The notes beneath the pieces were generated by a model. It had not been told where the DNA came from. It made no database searches and worked only from the letters and a program-made list of their open reading frames with translations. Below, piece by piece: positions 13,986-24,580 of a stretch of DNA of 64,000 bases. The DNA comes from Eledone cirrhosa. Its lineage: Eukaryota. Position 1 is the first letter of the stretch; each line of letters starts with the position of its first letter. The position numbers and the translations under genes are program-made. Where the stretch lies: positions 140,864,001 to 140,928,000 of the forward strand of contig OZ024741.1 in assembly GCA_964016885.1 (NCBI GenBank), in the 5' to 3' direction.

Positions 13986-15374
13986 AATTAATGTAAACTG
14001 TAGTCACTGAATTGGTTGTGCTAACATTGTCCTGTGCATGGAGTGCCACCATGGGATAGATACAAGATTAAGTAATTAATTTATTAAAAGGGCTATATAT
14101 TCTATATGCTGAGTACAATGAATTATGTACAGGTGATATACGAGTTATTAGTATATGTATGGCTTGATGGCCAGATTAGTGTCTTTGTATGAGAGAATAG
14201 ATCTCTCGACCACCCTGGTGATATTTAACTTTGCCATGCATTCAGACATACAATGACGCAGAGCTTACCTGGAGTCATATATAGTAATAAGACCCTGCCA
14301 GGTTCTGCGGGTGGACTACACTTACATAGATCATTGATTTGGAGGTCTGACTCTTCTTGTAGAATGTTCTGTTGTGGCACTCCATGATAGAAGTAGAAGG
14401 TAATCATCCTGATATGAACACCTTTAGTACTTCTTGATAGACTACACTGTAATTTATAGATAAGATACTTAAATTTAGAAATTGTTTATAACCTTATATG
14501 ATAGGGACTCATTTGAAACACCATTTATGTACTTTAGGATAATAAATTTAACTATGAAAATGAGCTAGTTACCTCCCCTTACGCATTAACTCCCCTTAAT
14601 CACACACCCACTTCCGGAATATAATTCAATGTCATCTCTCACAACAAAAACAACCTGATCTATGAATCGAAATAAGGAACGACAAGCTATGATTTATAAC
14701 ATGATTCACCAGGCACCCAATGTTGAATCATCGTGGATTGTGTGATGGACATGTAGTCTATAAATTGCGTTTCCTAGATTGTGTGAGTGATGGTGGGTGC
14801 GAGGAGAGTGGTGCTGTTTTGCTTCTCATTTGTAATATTTTTGATATTTTTGGTGTTTCTCTACAAACGGGCTTATATATCGTACAGGTGTGTGTGAACA
14901 ATGCTTTAACAATACAGCCCCCATGATGCTATTGATTGCCTGCTTTAACTGCTTGTTCTACATGTAACAATCTGCCGCACTATAATCCTGTATAAATAAG
15001 ACACGCGTGCATGCCACACGTGAGACTGTTTCATACACTGACTACTCTAAACTTTCCTCTTACTTTATCTTCATAAATTGCCAATGTTTTATTTTAATTT
15101 TAATTTTAATTTTAATTTTAATTTTAACTTTAATTTTGTCCTTTAATATGACTGTAACCTTTGTATGTAAATTGCCATGCTCTATTATTATGATGGATGT
15201 CAACCCACAGTGGGTCAATATATACATATGTTTTTATATGTCTCTTGTGTTGAAAAGGAGGTCAAGTATGTAAGAAATCACTAAATAGTTGCTCCGAAGA
15301 AACCAAACCTCGGTTTGGAGGAAACAACTGTAAGCAAATAAATGATTTAAACTGAACTTTGATTCATGTAATTT
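13986..15374 (+). repeat. right arm (inverted 5' pseudo-LTR copy)
   Basis: Reverse complement of 10122-11497; joins directly to the truncated ORF. Confidence 0.95.
15289..15337 (+). ncRNA. minimal type I hammerhead-like motif, CCGAAGA core variant
   Basis: TTGCT-CCGAAGA-aa-CCAAAC-ctcg-GTTTGG-ag-GAAA-CAACTG-TA-AGCAA; stem I TTGCT/AGCAA. Confidence 0.65.
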
Positions 15375-15729
15375 CTATAATTTCTATATATATATAGTTG
15401 GGTGCGGATGCATTCATGTATATATGTGTGTGTCCGCATGTATCTGTGTGTTTCTAAATATATTGTTAATAACTCCCTCTGGTCGAGCAATCTTTGAAGT
15501 CTGGGGACAGCTGGAAAGCTTCCATTACTCATACTTCTCGCCTTCTTCACCCCCTCTTCTGCGGCCTCGATATAAATACCCCCTCCGCCTCCGTGGTATT
15601 TTCTTCGGGGTTATAAGAGGCTTAGCTCTGTTTCTCGACCGTTATATCGCGTGACTGTCTCCCCCTCCGCCTTTTGGGATTCTTTCTCACGTCGTGTAGA
15701 CGCGTTCTTGAGACTAGTAAAATGAGGTA

Positions 15730-15819
15730 TCCTCTTGATAAGTCGGCAGACCTCGCAAGGACTCTATATCTTTATGATATATTGTTTTTGTTTATGCCAC
15801 GAAACTACGTAGTCGAGGA
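15730..15819 (+). ncRNA. type I hammerhead ribozyme, U3-A8 variant
   Basis: TCCTC-TTGATAA-GTcGGCA..TGCCAC-GAAAC-TACGTA-GTC-GAGGA; predicted cleavage after C15814. Confidence 0.8.
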
Positions 15820-16324
15820 ATTTAGGAGCAGTTTAGGTATGATACATTTTATTACTAATTATATCTAAATGTTTCTTCTCTCTTCATAATGTATTTTTAA
15901 CTCTGATACTGGTTCAGTCTAGTTCAACTGAATTGGTCTGTCCCAGTCATTCATTGAGCAACATCGGTGAAGTTGGCACCCTTAACTCACAGTTGGGTGC
16001 GGATGCATTCATGTATATATGTGTGTGTCCGCATGTATCTGTGTGTTTCTAAATATATTGTTAATAACTCCCTCTGGTCGAGCAATCTTTGAAGTCTGGG
16101 GACAGCTGGAAAGCTTCCATTACTCATACTTCTCGCCTTCTTCACCCCCTCTTCTGCGGCCTCGATATAAATACCCCCTCCGCCTCCGTGGTATTTTCTT
16201 CGGGGTTATAAGAGGCTTAGCTCTGTTTCTCGACCGTTATATCGCGTGACTGTCTCCCCCTCCGCCTTTTGGGATTCTTTCTCACGTCGTGTAGACGCGT
16301 TCTTGAGACTAGTAAAATGAGGTA

Positions 16325-16414
16325 TCCTCTTGATAAGTCGGCAGACCTCGCAAGGACTCTATATCTTTATGATATATTGTTTTTGTTTATGCCACGAAAC
16401 TACGTAGTCGAGGA
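16325..16414 (+). ncRNA. type I hammerhead ribozyme, U3-A8 variant (second tandem copy)
   Basis: Same motif 595 bp downstream; predicted cleavage after C16409. Confidence 0.8.
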
Positions 16415-16532
16415 ATTTAGGAGCAGTTTAGGTATGATACATTTTATTACTAATTATATCTAAATGTTTCTTCTCTCTTCATAATGTATATATATATATA
16501 TATAAATTCGGAACAAAATAATATTTGGTTTC

Positions 16533-16680
16533 ATAATTGTTTCTACTTTTGGCACAAGGCCAGCAATTAGCCAGTACATCACTGGTACTTTATTTTATCG
16601 ACCCCGTAAGGATGAAAGGCAAAGTTAACCTCGGCGGGATTTGAACTCAGAATGGCAAGGGCCGTAACTCTATGCGTCAA
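16533..16680 (-). mobile_element. tRNA-derived SINE (family A)
   Basis: Reverse complement of the 1368-1560 element (CTGGTACTTTATTTTATCGACCCCGTAAGGATGAAAGGC..GATTTGAACTC). Confidence 0.8.
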
Positions 16681-17749
16681 TGCCGTCTTAACTAGTTAGA
16701 TATATATCTATTTCATATTGCTTCAAGTATCCCAGATGGTTTACGTTAAATGTTCTACAGTCTTGTATCTGTCTAATATCTATTAGCACAACCCTACGTC
16801 ACAATACAATTTCATTTCTTCCGTACGGTTGTCAAAATTATATTGATGATATTTTTCTTTTTGTTTTGTATTCTGACCTTATTACTTTTTACGTTTCAAA
16901 GTGTGTTTCTGAATCTTCCATAGAATTACGTTAAATGCACGTATTCCTGTGGAAGCCTTACCGATTTACACGTTAATTTTATGAGCAGACTCTTCCATTG
17001 GTCGCAAAACTAGTATTTACTTTATACCCGACGGAGGTTCATTCCATACATTCAAACGATAATCATCTCCGCCGAATGCAGTCTACTGTAATGTTTCCAA
17101 TAAACAACTTGCTATCTGTTACTGTTAATACATTTCATTTTCATCACCATCTCTATTTCATTATCACCAGATACTTTATCCTCGTTAGGCACATTTATTC
17201 ATATCTTGATTGAGATTCACTATTGTGTGTAATTTTTGTCTTTTTTTTCCTTTTCAGCAGCGATTCATAATTACATCTCTGTCGATTCCATTTTCTTTTA
17301 GAGATACACACAACTATAATACTCGTTAATGTTTGAAATTATAAAAATTCGGAACTGAATTCGTTGACTTTTTTTATTCGGCGATATCTAACGTTAATAT
17401 AATTATGTGCCGTCAAATCCCCGTTACTAGAGAACTATGTATCGATATATGTTTGATAACAAAAAGCGTAATAGAATATATATGCGATTCAATCAATAAT
17501 GCATATAATTATTAGCATTTTATAGTAAGAATTTTCCAATGAATCTCTGATATAAATCTATATCTTGACGAAAGGCTTTGTATTTTTTGTGTGATTTGCA
17601 TGTGCTTTATTTAATTCTTATGGGTGATGTCTACGTAATTTAATTATTAAGATATACTAGATATCTTTATGTGAAATCCAACAATTAAAGTTCCATAAAA
17701 TATTTTATATTAGAGCAATCCTTTCAATACACTGTATATGCTTGAAAAT

Positions 17750-17947
17750 TGGTTTCTAATTTAGGCACATGACCAGGAATTAGAGAGAAAGGGAAGTCAA
17801 GTAGATCGACTCTAGCACTTGACTAATACTTTATTTTATTGACCAGCAAAGTTGATCTCATCGGCACTTAAACGCAGTATGTAAATAGCCGGAAAATAAC
17901 GCAAAATATTTCGTCCGACGCTCTAGCGCTTCCACCAATCCACTGCC
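17750..17947 (-). mobile_element. diverged SINE (family A-related)
   Basis: TTTCTAATTTAGGCACA..TACTTTATTTTATTGAC..CTCATCGGCACTTAAAC..CAATCCACTGCC. Confidence 0.55.
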
Positions 17948-18131
17948 AAAAATACTTTGGAATGCTGATATCTAATTTAAGCAAAAGGCTAGTAATTTAA
18001 GCCCAGAATGTAAAGAGCTAGAACAAACATTGCAATGGCATTTTATCAGATGCTCTGTTAACTTTGCCAATCCAACACCTATGAATTTAAATAATGATTA
18101 CCATATCGTCTGTCTCTATTGAATAATATTA

Positions 18132-18185
18132 AAATGCCAAGCTATATTCATAAATCATTTTATTTATGAATATAGCTTGGCATTT
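18132..18185. repeat. perfect 24-bp inverted repeat with 6-nt loop
   Basis: AAATGCCAAGCTATATTCATAAAT-catttt-ATTTATGAATATAGCTTGGCATTT. Confidence 0.9.
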
Positions 18186-19283
18186 ATCATGACCATTATG
18201 TCGCCTCCATTTTTCGATCGCTAAGGACTCTATAAAACAATATAAAACGGTTATGTCTTAATGTCACTTTAATCAGACTGGCTCCAAAGTTTCACATTCG
18301 ACCGATTAAAATAATTCCTTATATGAATAAGTTGGGCAAGGGGGTATAAGGAAATAGAGCACAGAGAATAGAAAATATTCCAATCGATCCTTTCATTGCT
18401 GATACTATCTTTCAATGACATCTCCCAGCAGAAACGTCATCGCTTATTTGGTGAGACGTGGGCGTGAGGATTTGAACTCAAAAGGCACAGAACTAGACCA
18501 AATACTGCAAATCATCATGTCTTACTCATTACAAATTTCGCAAGTGCTTCGCCCATGGTCTATTATTGTATTTATAGATTTCGAAAATTATTAACAATGT
18601 TTCAGGACTCTGTCCCCATGCCCTTCAAGAAGAAGAAGAAGAAATAATGGAAAGGAAGTTGGAATCGATAGAATTTGATCGAAGAAAGCAAGGAATTGGA
18701 ACAAAGTAACATGTATTCGGATATGAATGCATTAGCAGTAGAGTAGATTTTGTTATTGTCTAATGCAGCTACCATTGGTTTTCATACATGTACACATATT
18801 AGCAAATCACTCATTCCTTCAAACAAGATTAATATTCAAACGTTTGTATTCTAAATATATGTTGTCTTCTGTTAGCATATGCCAGTTATTTCGGTTATTA
18901 GAACCTCTCTCCGGAGAAATACGTGAGATATTTCAGTACCTCATGAAAATATGTTCTAGAATGACGACGTAGAGTAAATCAACAAAACGACAGGCAATTT
19001 GTAAAAACAAAAACACGTCAAAAGTTAATTATAGAACATTTAGAAGATGAGAGAATACAATTTAAGAAATCTTGATAGAATGAAATTGAAGTGTGGTATC
19101 ATGTGATTAAAAAACGTAACTAAAAGATGTAATTACTTGAAAAACGACCACCACTAAAAAGTGTGAGAATTGAAGCAATTGCGGCAGTATCATGGGAGCG
19201 TCATATCGAATGCATTTGTTTATGCGTGTTAGCTTTCTGAGGTCTGCGTTCAAATCCTGTCGAGGCTAACCTCGCATTTTGTC

Positions 19284-19325
<42 letters not shown>

Positions 19326-19457
19326 CAGATTAAAGTTTAAGCAAATAATCGCTGCTTTCACCCTTAACGGGAACTTAAGAAGTTCTACAGTTTTCTATAT
19401 TTTTATATATATATTATCCTTATCAAGTCCTCTTCGGATTTTAGTCTTCACAGTTAT

Positions 19458-19459
<2 letters not shown>

Positions 19460-19514
<55 letters not shown>

Positions 19515-19550
19515 TGTATATGTATATATATATATATATATAATGATATA

Positions 19551-19636
<86 letters not shown>

Positions 19637-19670
19637 TATATATATATATAATTATATATATATATATATA

Positions 19671-19706
<36 letters not shown>

Positions 19707-19707
19707 C

Positions 19708-19746
<39 letters not shown>

Positions 19747-19892
19747 ATTATATATATATATATAATTATATATATATATATAATTATATATATATATATA
19801 TATATATAATTATATATATATATATAATTATATATATATATATATAATTATATATATATATATATAATTATATATATAATTATATATATATA

Positions 19893-19952
<60 letters not shown>

Positions 19953-20070
19953 TATATATATATATAATTTTATATATATAATTATATATATATATAATTA
20001 TATATATATATATATAATTATATATATATAATTATATATATATACATATAATTATATATATATATATAAT

Positions 20071-20101
<31 letters not shown>

Positions 20102-20277
20102 TTATATATATATATATATATAATTATATATATATATAATTATATATATATATAATTATATATATATATAATTATATATATATATATAATTATATATATA
20201 TATATAATTATATATATATAATTATATATATATATATATAATTATATATATATAATTATATATATATATATATAATT
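19460..20277. repeat. (TA)n microsatellite with periodic AATT interruptions
   Basis: Direct inspection. Confidence 0.95.
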
Positions 20278-20326
20278 ATGAAATATATGAAATATAAGAA
20301 TTAAAGAACTGTTCAAAACATGTTTG

Positions 20327-20373
20327 TGCTTACAGCTGTTTCCTCCAAACCGATGTTTGGATTCTTCGGAGCA
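20327..20373 (-). ncRNA. minimal type I hammerhead-like motif, CCGAAGA core variant
   Basis: Minus strand: TGCT-CCGAAGA-a-TCCAAAC-atcg-GTTTGGA-g-GAAA-CAGCTG-TA-AGCA. Confidence 0.65.
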
Positions 20374-20604
20374 ATTTATTAATGAATGGACAGTTATATG
20401 ACCTCCTTTCAGCCAAGAGACATACAGATACATATGCAAATATTGTGGGTCAACATTCACTACAGCATTTAGAGTGGCAGTACACACTTCGAGATTACAT
20501 TCATATTAAAAGGTACAATCAAAAATCAAAAATACAGGTTAAAATACAACATGAAAATAAGCGGTTATATAGTGCAAATGTTATATGTGCATTCATTAAT
20601 AAAT

Positions 20605-20651
20605 TGCTCCGAAGAATCCAAACCTCGGTTTGGAGGAAACAGCTGTAAGCA
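20605..20651 (+). ncRNA. minimal type I hammerhead-like motif, CCGAAGA core variant
   Basis: TGCT-CCGAAGA-a-TCCAAAC-ctcg-GTTTGGA-g-GAAA-CAGCTG-TA-AGCA. Confidence 0.65.
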
Positions 20652-20856
20652 TAAAAATGTTTTGAACAGTTCTTTGATTCTTATATTTCATATAACTGCT
20701 CTGTAAATCATCTGATGTTTTTTTACATTGAGCTACTTAACTTACTGGTAATGCCTACCACTATTTAGGGTTTGTATAAAAAAAATACATATAACTGCAA
20801 AAGGATTTTGTATTTACATAACCATAAATAGTATAATTAATACTATATATATAATT

Positions 20857-20916
<60 letters not shown>

Positions 20917-20919
<3 letters not shown>

Positions 20920-21054
20920 TCCAGAATTAGCCGTCGAAACGGCTTGAGCTCAGCTGTCGGGGTCTTACTGGTTCCTATTACCCACTCTACTACCTCAAGT
21001 ATTGAGTACTTTGGTGCGTTATGGTCCACCTGGTTCCTTACCACATTTCCTTCG

Positions 21055-21057
<3 letters not shown>
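20917..21057 (+). mobile_element. ~140-bp interspersed repeat in (TA)n containing a 3' half-hammerhead (probable PLE end)
   Basis: Nearly identical to 56284-56422; contains GAAAC-GGCT-TGAGCTCA-GCT-GTC. Confidence 0.6.
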
Positions 21058-21109
<52 letters not shown>

Positions 21110-21124
21110 TCTATCTATCTCTAT

Positions 21125-21375
21125 CTAAGGCGGGTAAAATTCCCGAGATCCACGGACGAGTTCTCTCCAGCGGTCTCTGTCCCTCATTATCACTGCCATG
21201 TCCTGCACCTCCAACAGACCAGTGTCTGTCCTTAGGGCATCAACATACGTTAACCTTGGTCTTCCTCTTCTAGTGTGTCCATGTAGGGGCTCCCAAAGGA
21301 GCACTGAGTGCAATGTCAACTCTGGATGTCGGTGAGCATGTCCAGCCAACCTCAGTCTCCTCTGTTGGTGACAAC
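21125..21375 (-). mobile_element. 3' fragment of an RTE/RTE-X-like LINE
   Basis: ORF 21125-21349: AGHAHRHPE..VLLWEP.HG.TRRGRPRLTYVD..MRDRDRWRELV is a typical RTE C-terminus; adjacent (GATA)n-like tail. Confidence 0.75.
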
Positions 21376-21384
21376 ATATAGAAT

Positions 21385-21484
<100 letters not shown>

Positions 21485-24400
21485 AATATGTTTCTCTATT
21501 TCTTTAAATACGCTATCGAATGCTGTAAGGATGCAAATATATTGAAATTGTTTTGTTTTATTCGTGTCTATAAGTTTAAAATCTCTTGCAAGATGAGATG
21601 ATTACTTCTCCAGGAAAATTAAATACGGATTTGTGTCTATCTAAGACACAAGTGGCAAAACTGAAATCGATTTCTAAACTTCAAAGTCAATTTAATATAT
21701 TTTAATCTCACTAATCCTAACTATATTAAGAATTGAAAGGTGTTGTATTTTCTGATAGGAATAATTCATAGTGTATAATTTTCCTAGATTCATGGACAGA
21801 TGTATAAGATGCGTAGATAGTGTTCGGTCTAGAGTTACTTCTTAACGGTTTAGTATTGTAAATAGATAAAACTGACTAGACGTGTCTATATGTAAAATAT
21901 AGTCAGATGATTAAACAGATTTAAACGAATGTATTTGCAAAACCATAATGACAATATGAAACAAATAAAAGGAAAGGAAAAAGAAAATGGTGGGGAGGGG
22001 GAGTGAAAAGAATGAAGGCCAAATCCACACTGTTAATTTGTGTATCTCAGCTGTGCCTCACAGTAGACAAGATGACAAGATTGTCACGGAGATTAGCTCG
22101 CTTTATCTGATGCCGGAGCCGCTCCCTCAACCGTAAGGTGCAATTTAAACATTTCCGGGGTGTGTGAAAAATCTGTTGATGTAAAACGTTTCATTTGATA
22201 GGAGAATCTCTGTTGAAAGGTTAGTAAAATGCACTTGGTTGACAGGGATTATTCATTGAGGTCACGGTGCATTTAAATAACATCTATCATATTATCTACG
22301 TTAATTTGATAAGGATGTATATTTCAGTTGTGCTCCTCAGTGGACAAGATAACAAGAACATTGTCGCGGGGAATAACCTGTGCTATCAGCTCTCTAAAGC
22401 ATTCTATCTCATGTGCTTCCTTCTTCAGGCGTACTATCCTCTTCGCAATTTGGCAAAAGAAATTGACAGTTCGATCAGGTGATGTACCAGTCAAATAAAT
22501 GGGTTGATGTAATCGACTAACTGGCCCATCATGATCAAAATGTATAATGTCATTAACATATTATTATGCTACTGTTTTGAGATATTTATATTGGTTTTAT
22601 TCGACACAAGTAAAGAAAGATTTTCCTCTGACTGATGATGGATTATCCGATTATTTCAATGATGCGCATCCGTGTGTTCGGTCGACTGAGCATTTGGTTC
22701 GTGAATGCATGTTTAAATGGTTGAGTATTTCAGAGTGACTCGTACCCAAAACATAATCATTCAGGCAGAATCAAATTGACACAGTGTGTAATAAAGCTGG
22801 ACTTGTGAATTATAGGTACAATCTATACGACTCGCTTCTAAGAAGTTTGCGGCTACCTAGTTACACTCACGGGTGTTGGGTCGAACCAAGGCTATAGAAA
22901 AGAATATTTACCTGAGATGCAGAGTTTCCGAACTCAGGAATTTCTGATTCCCAGTCAAACATTTTTACCATTTGGTCATGATACGTCCAGTTAACTGCAA
23001 GAAAATGAAAAGATTTTGAAGTCGCAAATCTTCCATTACCATGCACTTTAAGCGATTTAACATCCAAATCATTATAAAGCGAAATGAAAAATATATTTTC
23101 AATATCCCACTTTATTTTCATCTATTGTAGATTATATGATTCATGCAATATACTAAATCTCACGTTCAAACACATATATCTTTGTGGCAACAAAATTATT
23201 TCTTCAGCAAATCTGTATATAAATGTGTTTATATGTTGAAGATCTCGTTACTGAAATAAGTTTTGCCTGTACCCAATGGGGATTATCCTGTTATTTAATT
23301 TATTGTATACATCTTATTTTATGTAAAACGCTAGGAAAATATTAATAATTTAAAGTGTACAATTCATTTCCGGGGGATTTAAATTATTTGAAATATCATA
23401 CTTACCATATTTCTATCAATATTAAATATTCGTGTCATGCCATTTACAAATATAATGCTTTCATCAATTTCTATTAATGTTAAAGGGTTTAAATTGTTCT
23501 CTATGAAATAGACATATATAAGCGTATCTTTTGCTGTGTTTCTTAATATGAATCTCTATAGCAAGTTGAATACCAATTCCTCATAGAAGAACCCCTCTAC
23601 TTATACAAGTGTTTGTATTCTATCACATTCATGGTTCCTGGGTGCGTTTGTGCTAATATTCAGCAGTTGTGTGTAAGATAATTCAGCTCTATTAGCATTA
23701 TTTTTTGTCCCTCCATGGCCACATCTAGCTGGAACAATTTTTAGCTGCTCCTGTCATTTTCTTTATTCCTCTTCAAGGACTATTACTTGTAACTGTGAGG
23801 GTTATTTTTAATATAAATCAAACGCAGATGTATATATTTTGTGTTAGTAAATAAACAAAATCCAAGGAAAGTAGTTAAAGCCTTTGTAGGTAATTGAAAC
23901 AGTGACGATAGTCAAACGCCTTTGCGTTTTCTGTGTTATTTCTAGTATATATGCATCTAGACGTATCTAAATATACGTCTTCATCAATAAAGCCACGTTG
24001 CTTCAGCTTTATAATATGAAAACATATAACTCATACAACTGAGAACCGCAATCCAATCATATATACATTTAACATACTTTGTCTATAGAGACAGTGCCGT
24101 TTCGTGTATGTTTAAAATATGTATGAAATTATGTAGACAGGAAGATAATCACAAATTAGACAAACCTAAACAGTTAAACAAACTTATATTAAATTACAAT
24201 GCATTCTTAATACTGAAACGTTCTGTTACAGTTATGAATACTTTGTTATAAAAACAATTCTTCTTTGTATATAAACATTTCTCTCTTTTGATTGTTATTG
24301 TCAATATATATTAATGTCAAATAATTTGTTAAAATACAATAAACACAATCATTTATAATTATAAACATTTTTCACTTTCGATTACCATTTCACCGCATAT

Positions 24401-24490
24401 AGGGGGAGTGATTTTATCAGGAATCCGTGGAAAATTCATATATATAAAATGAGTCCCCGGAAATGAAAATCTTGGAAACAACTGGTATAT

Positions 24491-24580
24491 ATAATTGTTT
24501 CTACTTTTGGCACAAGGCCATCAATTACCCAGTACATTACTGGTACTTTATTTTATCGACCCCGTAGGGATGAAAGGCAA
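24491..24580 (-). mobile_element. SINE family A, 3' fragment
   Basis: Near-identical to 16533-16620. Confidence 0.75.

Larger units (their letters stand above)
9955..15375 (-). mobile_element. Penelope-like retroelement (Hydra-clade-like), 5'-truncated, with inverted 5' pseudo-LTR
   Basis: RT and GIY-YIG remnants on the minus strand between ~1.38-kb inverted repeats, bounded by (TA)n on both sides. Confidence 0.9.
15396..16489 (+). repeat. 595-bp tandem repeat (~1.8 copies) carrying hammerheads; retrozyme/pLTR-like
   Basis: Unit starts at 15396 and 15991; flanked by (TA)n; reverse-complement homologue at 60541-61934. Confidence 0.95.
20278..20850. mobile_element. non-coding PLE remnant (inverted + direct pseudo-LTR ends) related to the 9955-15375 element
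   Basis: 20690-20845 resembles the reverse complement of 9955-10120; ~20283-20388 and ~20591-20692 are inverted copies of each other; embedded in (TA)n. Confidence 0.8.

Noticed and set aside
10224-15273. Mirrored 68-aa and 84/88-aa ORFs as duplicated genes, or the arms as DNA-transposon TIRs
   Set aside because: They lie in inverted pseudo-LTRs; the enclosed ORF is RT + GIY-YIG rather than a transposase, and the left arm continues asymmetrically to ~9955
15424-16463. Repeated 76-aa and 64-aa ORFs (also 60940-61167 and 61531-61758)
   Set aside because: They recur only because the DNA unit is repeated; no recognisable domain, and the 64-aa frame is not preserved in the 591-bp copies
19415-19455. 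CCGAAGAGGAC on the minus strand as another hammerhead
   Set aside because: No matching stem II 3' strand or GAAA follows; at most a truncated remnant
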